From Eledone cirrhosa (Eukaryota): a stretch of 64,000 bases of DNA. This document shows positions 55,235 to 64,000 of this stretch, piece by piece. Within the stretch, counting starts at the first letter, position 1. Each line of letters begins with the position of its first letter. Both the position numbers and the translations under genes were made by a program. The notes below the pieces were generated by a model that was given only the letters and a program-made list of their open reading frames with translations, was not told the origin of the DNA and made no database searches. The DNA lies in NCBI GenBank assembly GCA_964016885.1, contig OZ024740.1:177196001-177260000 (forward strand), read 5' to 3'.

Positions 55235-55397
55235 CGAAGGAAATGTGGTAAGGAACCAGATGGACCATAACGCACACCAAAGTACTCAATACTTAGGGTA
55301 GTAGAGTGGGTAATAGGAATGAGTAGGACCCCGACGGCTGAGCTCAAGCCGTCGAAACGGCTTGAGCTCAGCCGTCGGGGTCCTACTCGTTCCTATA
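55233..55397. mobile_element. Fold-back element retaining only the 3' half of an HHR
   Basis: Arms ~55312-55351 and ~55356-55396; GAAA CGGCT-TGAGCTC-AGCCG TC at the junction; (TA)n on both sides. Confidence 0.7.
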
Positions 55398-55600
55398 TAT
55401 ATATATTTACCCCCCTTTTATTTCAGTTTATTTTGATCATGCCTTTATTTTTAAATTTTCTCATTCCTTGTATTTTGATCATGCTTTATTTTTATTTATT
55501 ATTTATTATATTTTTGTCTTTATTTGTTAATTTTTCATTCGCACCGTTTCCTTTCGCTATATGTCTCTCCACCACTCCCCTACACACCTTTTTGTACTCT

Positions 55601-55634
55601 CACCTGAAGAAGGGCTTATGCCCGAAACGTCGTC
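55601..55634 (+). ncRNA. Minimal hammerhead core in a (TA)n-bounded element (~55410-55720)
   Basis: CTGAAGA A GGGC-TTAT-GCCC GAAA CG TC; stem I only 2 bp; AATAAA downstream. Confidence 0.65.
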
Positions 55635-55744
55635 CCCCACCTACACCCCACTCTCCTGAGCGTGAATTTAATAAACATTTATCGTACTGCCTCTCTGTTC
55701 TGTCCCTGTTCAATTTTTCATTATATATATATATATATATATAT

Positions 55745-55814
<70 letters not shown>

Positions 55815-55832
55815 GTATATATATATATATAT

Positions 55833-56368
<536 letters not shown>

Positions 56369-56747
56369 TGCGTGTGTGGTGTGTGTGTGTGTGTGTGTTT
56401 TGCATTTTCATGATAGCTTAAGTTGTATTATGTACAGAAATAGCGAAATAGTCATAAGTTTGTATGTTTATTCTTTCAAAAAGTAGTTGGTATATCTCGG
56501 TACCACACCTTAGGATAACCACCACATATAACTGTTATCAACACTCACACACATGTGTGCGTGTATGTGAGTGTATGATACATGTATTATTTATGTGCAT
56601 AGGCGGGTGTGGTTGTATGTAAGAGACTGGCCGAGTGACTGTGTATGTATCTTTGTATTATCAAAATGTTCTGCAATGCAAATGAAGTATTAACAATATT
56701 AATATCTCCCTTTATTTCTCCCTATCCTCTCTCACTCTCTTTCTCTC

Positions 56748-56840
<93 letters not shown>

Positions 56841-57630
56841 TTATATATGTGTGTGTGTGTACTGGGGTGTATATACTTATGTACATACATCATGCACACA
56901 CTGACACTCACACACAGGGAGAGAAAACGATGGGAGATGGTAGAGAATGAGAGTTTATGTGTCAACTAGAATTCAAGGAGACTTAAGGGACGAGCGAATC
57001 TTAACAGTTCCTTTTGAATGAGGCCAACAAAGACATCCCCTCCCCCTATCATTGCTATAACACCCCACCTTCCCCTGCCCCCAAATCAACACCAATTACA
57101 TACACTGCTTCCACTACATCGCCACCACAGCCATAACAATCGCCACCAAACTCATCACCTCAATCACCATCATGACGATAACGATCACTGTAACTGTCGT
57201 TACTTCAGTCAACGCCACAAAATAAAACAACAATGAGAACAACAATTGCCATGAAAACAATGACCATCACGACAGCAAAATGTCACTGCCCCTCTCTTGG
57301 TTCACCGCAAGAACCACAATCACAACAACAATAATTGTAACCACAATCACAACTATTTCATATAACCTACAGACAACGCGGGAATCTCTATATGGTACTG
57401 CCATTTGTTAGAAATAGCAGCCAAATATCTTTCAAATTATGAAAAGAAAGGAAACATTGTAAGATTGTAGTCTTATATACGGCTAAAAATACGGAACGGC
57501 CATGACTGAAATATCTTTGATTATAGGCTGTTGAATTTGAAGAGTGGTTAGGGCGTCGAATTAAATGCCTCAAGGTTTGTTCCGAACTCTTGGCGTTCTT
57601 AGTTAAAACCTGCTGAGAGTTATTTTACCG

Positions 57631-57920
57631 ACGCGCATTGCCTAATGGTAAGGATGTCACAATGTCACGTATTCGATTCATGGATTGTGTTGTGTGTTGT
57701 GTTCTTGTACAGAACACTTCATTTCACGTTGTTCCAGTATACTCAGCTGACTATAAGTACCAGCAATAGCTTGAAGTTTAACCCTGCAATGGACTAGCGT
57801 CCTGTCAAGGGGGTGGGGGTGGGGATACTGTACTCTTAGTCACTTAACGTTACGTTAACCGGGATAAGCACCGGCCTGATGAGCTTTCGGCCTCAAGACA
57901 GACTTTAGACTTAGTTACTT
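57631..57920 (+). mobile_element. tRNA-derived SINE with a conserved central domain (Meta/V-SINE-like, from recall)
   Basis: TTGCCTAATGGTAAG and ATTCGATTC head; CCCTGCAATGGACTAGCGTCCTGTCAAGGGG and AACCGGGATAAGC blocks; GACTT-type tail. Confidence 0.55.
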
Positions 57921-58367
57921 TGTCTTTCAACCTCCGAGTCCGCTATATAAAGAACCATTCAAGAGCTTTCTATTACATCCCACCACCGCCACCAACATCA
58001 ACAACACCACAACCATCACTACCAACTCTACTACCACAAGAGGACCCCTCTAATAAAAAAAAAAATCAACACCACTCTTTTTACAACATCACATCACTAC
58101 CGATACCCCCACCACCTCTACTGTTACCGCCGACAATCTTCACTGCCAACACCAATACCACAACCACTACAGGAATTACCACAGGAATTACCACAGGAAT
58201 CACCAATCACCACCAACACCACCATCACCACCATTAAAGCTATGTGCTTCAAGCTACTCACATATGAAAATCGGAAATATAGCGTGAACTGTATTTCATG
58301 ACAATTCTAATCATTTTTTTTTTCAATTGTGTCTTGTTATTTTACTTTTTATTCATCAAATTTTAAT

Positions 58368-58418
<51 letters not shown>

Positions 58419-58790
58419 GTTATATATATATATTTATTTATATATATACATAAATTCCGTTATAACGAAATTCACAGGGTAATAAAAATTCGTTGTAACG
58501 AAAAACTCTTTATAATGAGATCGACCGAAATAAATCGACCGCTTGTTTGTTATTACCTCGGGAATTGAAAAAAACATTTTGAAGGGCATTTGCTATGAAT
58601 TCGGCAGAAGCGAAGGGGTATGGAGTTTTGACAACCACTTACAAGTGAGAAACGGTGACTGTCGATTACTCCGCTTTGCTTTTGCTGAGACTAGGTATGT
58701 GATGTTAGTCACTATTTTAAAATTCATAGCGAATGGCCTTCAAAATATTTCAAAATAAACATACATTATTATGAGGGTCTATTTATTTAG

Positions 58791-58826
<36 letters not shown>

Positions 58827-59489
58827 CAAAATAAATAGACCCTCATTTTGAGAAGAAAAAAAACACATAATGCAGGCGATATTCTACAACAGCAAAGCAT
58901 TATGGGATATTTCGAGTGATACAAGAACTGATAATTTAAGATCTTTTCACGTATTGTCTGTAACATTGTTTAGTTTAGTTACTGGGTGTTTTACATTTTT
59001 TTTATTTCATTGGATAGTATTTATTTTCCTTTATCTATCGTATTTCATTCATTTTCTTATTCTCTTTACGATCAGTCGTAATTCTAATTTCACTATAGAA
59101 ACATCTACAACACCAACAAGGAATAGAAATGGCTTGTCCCATGTCATTGTCCTTCTTTTGATATTTTGCTTTGTTCTTTAGTTTCGTTATTTTGTAAATA
59201 TTTTTTTCTCATTTGTTATTTGTTATTTCTTTTATTGCTATTGTTGTTCTTGTGTCAGTTGTCGCCCCCAATGTCATGTTAACGTTGTATAGATTCTCAT
59301 TTTCCCATCACCACCATCATTATCACAATGGCTGTAATCAGAAACAGATTTAGTTAAATAGTTATACCTGCTACGCTGTAGCTATGTGGACAGATGGATT
59401 GACAATTTTCAAGGAATGCATGCATGTATGTGTATACTTATGTACGTACATGTGTATGCATATTTGCACGCATATGTATGTATGAATGC

Positions 59490-59535
<46 letters not shown>

Positions 59536-59599
59536 GGGGTGGGGCATGCATATCCACACACATACATACACGCACGCGCACTCATACATACATATGATT

Positions 59600-59797
59600 A
59601 GCAGCGTAGATAGAACGTCGGACGCCATGCTTCGCGTCATAGAGTTAAGACCCATTTCGTTCTGAGTTCAAATCCCGCCGAGGTTAGCTTTCATCCTTAC
59701 GGTGTCGATAAAATAAAGTACCAGTAATGCGCTAGGGTCGATTTAATCGACTTTCTCCTCCCCCAAAATGGTTGTCCTTGTTCTTAAATCAGAAACC
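59600..59797 (+). mobile_element. tRNA-derived SINE
   Basis: Same family as 29167-29348. Confidence 0.8.
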
Positions 59798-60769
59798 ATT
59801 ATCATAAGTTGGAGTGCTTATGAATAAATATTTAAAAAATCATAATCACCCTTCAGGTATAGCAAATCTATAATATGGGAAATTAAATATTTTAGGCAGT
59901 TGGAAATGCCCCACTAAATAGCGATTTAAATATTTCCGAGAATGTGTTGATTCCGATTCCATGTCTAAAATTACAAAAGTTTGTAAGAGAATGTAATACT
60001 TCTTTTGGGGCCTAATATCATAATAGGTTGATAATTAGCTGATATTTTAAAACTATTTGAGCGTTGGCTCATTTTCTCGCTGTTTGCCTGTCTGTCTGTA
60101 AATATATATGTAGCTGTTCTGGACCCTTCTAAACCGAAATGGTAATAAAAATGGTTTCAGCCACGAAGTATCTCATGATATCTCGACATAAAAAGTAATA
60201 ATTTAGTTTGTTTCTCTCAAATCCCACCCACTTGAGATGTTTTCTATACATACGAATGTAGTCATATGGAAAAAGAAAACAAATCCCGATAGACACGGGC
60301 TGTGATCATAAGTCTACTCGATGAGCTATGACCTGCGGTAAAACAACATCAACACCACCACATACAACAACAGCGGCACCTGCAGGATTTATTCTTGCTC
60401 TTTCTCCCTAATTATCATCATGTTCTCTATTATGCACAGAGCAACTTTTTCAAAGTGAGTGTGACGTTATTCACAAATACGACTGAATTCTCGTGTGTTT
60501 GCAGGTCTCTTAATCCGCGAAGATTGTTTTAAAAGCACGCAATAAAGAAACAGACAAGGTAATTATAAAATGAAACCCCAAGGCAAGACAGAATCCGAAA
60601 TACTAAACACTCAGACAAGACACAGCTAATTTAAACACATACACACAAAGGGCAGAACACTTAGTGAACGTCCGCTTCATGGTCATTTGTGATATACAAA
60701 TTAATCTCAATGTCGCCTACTTTGTCTCTGTGTATTGTATATATAGATTAGTGCTGGCTCATATAAATA

Positions 60770-60801
<32 letters not shown>

Positions 60802-62529
60802 CAAATGTATGTGTGTATATATAAATATATATATATTGTATAAATATGTATGTGTGTGTGCGTGTTTGTGTGTGAGTGTGTGTAAATACATATGTATAAA
60901 TATATATATGTATACGTGTGTGCGCGTGTGTGTGTGTGTGTGTGTGTGCGTGCGTGCGCGTGCGTGTGTGTGTGTGTGTGTGTGTATTTAATCATTCTAA
61001 TTTGGACGAGTTATGTGGTTATCATATGTCGTTTAGCTCGAAAATTAGAGCTGTGAGCCTGTATCTGAAGGATTCGAAGTTCGATTCTCCATAGAGACTG
61101 CTGTCCATTTTTTCCATCCATAAGGGTAATTTACCCGATTTTCTAAGCTATTATTCATAGCAATCGACCGTACACGTGTTTGCGGTTATTTCTGCGTTTG
61201 AGTTCCTATGAATATTATTATTATTATACTTTATTTTATTTAACTTCTCCACTTTATATACTTTGTTAAGCAACCCAGTGTTGTTGGGTCGGACAAGCAT
61301 ATTTTTCAGTAATCACATCGTTTAAACACTTTTTTCAATGTCTTATTTGAGAGCTGGGTTTTTTATTTCTATTTCTCTTCTTCAAATTAAATATATATAT
61401 ATACATATACACACACGCGCACGCACGCACACGCACGCACACACACATCATATATATATATAATTATTTTGATTTGGATAGGTTAGGGGGTTATCAGATG
61501 TTTAGCTCGAATATCGGAGCAGTGAGCCAGTATCTGAAGGATACGGAGTTCAATTCTCTTGTTACAACAGTCTGTAGTTCTTTCCTAAACTACATTTCTT
61601 CCTCGTCCTCACCAAAGTATATAATGGTACTCTTAGGAAGATTAATTTCAGCGTTTTTCATCTCTGTGGCTGTGTGTGATGTAGCTTTGATAACTATCTC
61701 AGAGGATGATATAGCTTTCCCTACTACCTCAAAAGTACTTCACCATCTTCCGCTTCAGGGCCCAAGGAGAAATCAGATTTTCTTGTTATTCGCAGAAATG
61801 GAAATGATTGCATGACTGATGGAGCTACAGGAATATTAGATTTAGGAACTTGCTTATTATTTGGTTTTCTTTTGAACCACTCAGGGTAGAAAATCCTCAA
61901 GTGTAACAGCTTTAGAGGCTGTGTCCGTAATGGGACGAAGTTCTGGAACGGCTTTGTGCTGCCGAGGAGTCATCAGTACGTGAAAGTTCATACTGATCCT
62001 TCCCGAGCAATGGCACTTATTACATGCAAATACTGTTTAACAATGTAGACTATGACTCACTCAGGGGTTAATATCGTTGGCTATGTCTCTGACTCTTAAA
62101 TTTTGCGTTACCCCCTCCCCCCCCCCCCCCTGCCCTATATATACGGTGTTATAAGCCTATGAGCGAGATTTTGAGAGCTATTATATAAAGTCAAATATCA
62201 CTTCTTAACTTCGTATTTTGAATCGAAAGCTAACACAGTTTCTATTCTCTCACGTCATAGACATGAGTCAAGAGGAGTATGTGCGTACCCCCTGACATTG
62301 CATTTCTATGTTGTATTTTTTGCGCAACTCCTAAAGGACTCTTTTGCATATATACACGGCTCCTTAATTGTAGAGCTAACTTAGTTGAAAGGACTCGGCT
62401 GCTATTTATAGCTGTCGATCACCCTATTCACGCCACTGGGATGACGCTAGCATGTTGTTAGTAGTTTTAGAATTGCAACACGTGCGATGGGTCAGTCGCA
62501 GATTTACATTTGATGTGTAAACACAGGTA

Positions 62530-62885
62530 GTTAAATCCCTTGCTGAAATCCGAGATTTGACTACTGTGACTTTACGGACTAATGGTGAAATATATTTTTT
62601 TAATGAAATATATACAAGGAAGATTAATCATTTTTTAAAAGATAATATTTGAAGCTCTAGTTAAACTTTAATTAGTTACCTACCTCGCTATGTGTGATTA
62701 CACACTTTACAAATTATCCCCTGTGATTGTTTCATGTGTTTATTTTAAATATATATATATGTCAATTTCTAGTTGATATAAAATGTTCTTCTCTATTCGT
62801 TGGAATCTTTGAGCTTATTCTACGGTGGATATGGCGCATGTCTCTGACATGACTCCCTTAATTTAATTTCATTAAATTAATTTTG
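62530..62885 (+). mobile_element. (TA)n-terminated element with a degenerate HHR-like motif (62538-62619)
   Basis: CCTTG CTGAAA ... GAAA TATA TA CAAGG; second copy at 44985-45180. Confidence 0.55.
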
Positions 62886-63687
62886 TATATATATATATAT
62901 ATATATATATAAACGCGTATATATGAATATCAAACATTAGATAATTTGTCACCAATATACATAATATCACAATGGAAAGATCGCTAAAATAAATCAAATT
63001 CAGAGAAACGTATACATATATAATATGTTATACAAAATCACTAACAGTTAGATTTCCAGAACAAAAATCTGAAACAAGAAAACTTCACAAGCATCTCACC
63101 CTAGGGTTAGATTCATAAGTAAGCAACCTAAAATAGTAGCTTCACTAAGTCCGTTTCGAGAACTAAGAAACAGTACTTACGATCTTAATGGATTAAGACC
63201 GTTCATCTTGCAAGAAGATTTTTAATTAGAGGTTTTCTCTTAAGGTGTAAAAAAACTTTATGTTCTACGTAATAATTGTTAATTTATAGAAAATTCTTAA
63301 TTTATTGAAATACCTTTTGAAATAAAAATAGTAATTAAAATCTACTGAGAACTCTTGGCGACTCTCAAAGAAAAGACATAATTTTAAGAATTTGAAATAC
63401 ATTAATTTGAATGACTTAATTAGACTTACAAGCGCTCGCGTCCTGTGGCGCACGAGGCAGCCAAAGTGCTCCAATTACCACGGACTGTTGCATAAGGATG
63501 AAATTTATATATCTAGGAGAGTTATTTGTTTGCTGTGGACATAAAGGGACATGAGTTTCGGTTAATTTGTCCGGACTACATAGTACAATGCTACAGAATT
63601 TACCGATCTGTAAATACATTTTAGACAATGATTTGTATAATTATAATAAAAATAGTGTCATCTCTCTCCCCTTCTCAGTACATTTAC

Positions 63688-63724
<37 letters not shown>

Positions 63725-63791
63725 CGTGTGAGTGTGGGTGCGCGCATGCGTATATGTGCGTGTGTGTGTATAACAGCAATGATATAATTAA

Positions 63792-63970
63792 TTGTTTCTA
63801 CTTTTGGCACAAGGCCATCAATTATCTCAGTACATTACTGGTACTTTATTTTATCGACCCCCGTAAGGATGAAAGGCAAAGTTAACCTCAGCGGGATTTG
63901 AACTCAGAATGGCAAGGGCCGTAACTCTATACGTCAAATCATGGTGGCCGACCCTCTAGCGATACTGCCA
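63792..63970 (-). mobile_element. tRNA-derived SINE (another begins at ~63987)
   Basis: Same family as 29167-29348. Confidence 0.8.
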
Positions 63971-64000
63971 TGATATAATTAATATAATTGTTTCTACGTT

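Noticed and set aside
57871-57900. CTGATGA with a small GC stem
   Set aside because: No GAAA or cleavage triplet; lies in a SINE tail
61030-61560. Two tRNA-like segments (61030-61090, 61500-61558)
   Set aside because: No cloverleaf; more likely decayed SINE heads than tRNA genes
63170-63215. 10-bp hairpin with GATGA and GTAA flanks on minus
   Set aside because: Both core segments deviate and there is no stem I

Overview
Eukaryotic, AT-rich, extremely microsatellite-dense DNA with no recognisable host exon. The SINE style and repeat landscape suggest a coleoid cephalopod (octopod), which is an inference. Conventional content: a near full-length Tx1/L1-clade LINE (47.2-52.8 kb), a decayed autonomous Helitron (18.8-24.6 kb, minus strand), a non-autonomous Helitron, a DD41D Tc1/mariner relic, a MITE, RTE-clade LINE fragments, tRNA-derived SINEs and several Penelope-like element (PLE; RT plus GIY-YIG) remnants. 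The striking feature lies between the (TA)n tracts: about 20 type I hammerhead ribozyme (HHR) motifs from more than 12 unrelated sequence families. They sit in PLE 3' ends and in ORF-less tandem monomers of 460-615 nt that resemble retrozymes. Most insertions are head-to-head fold-backs with both 3' ends pointing out into (TA)n. One ~580-615-nt monomer family (three diverged copies) carries a non-canonical hammerhead with a U3-A8 type core (UUGANAA/UUGANGA) and long covarying stems II and III. One copy of it is fused head-to-head to a PLE in a single (TA)n-bounded insertion. All structures were folded by eye; ribozyme activity and circular RNA formation are untested inferences.
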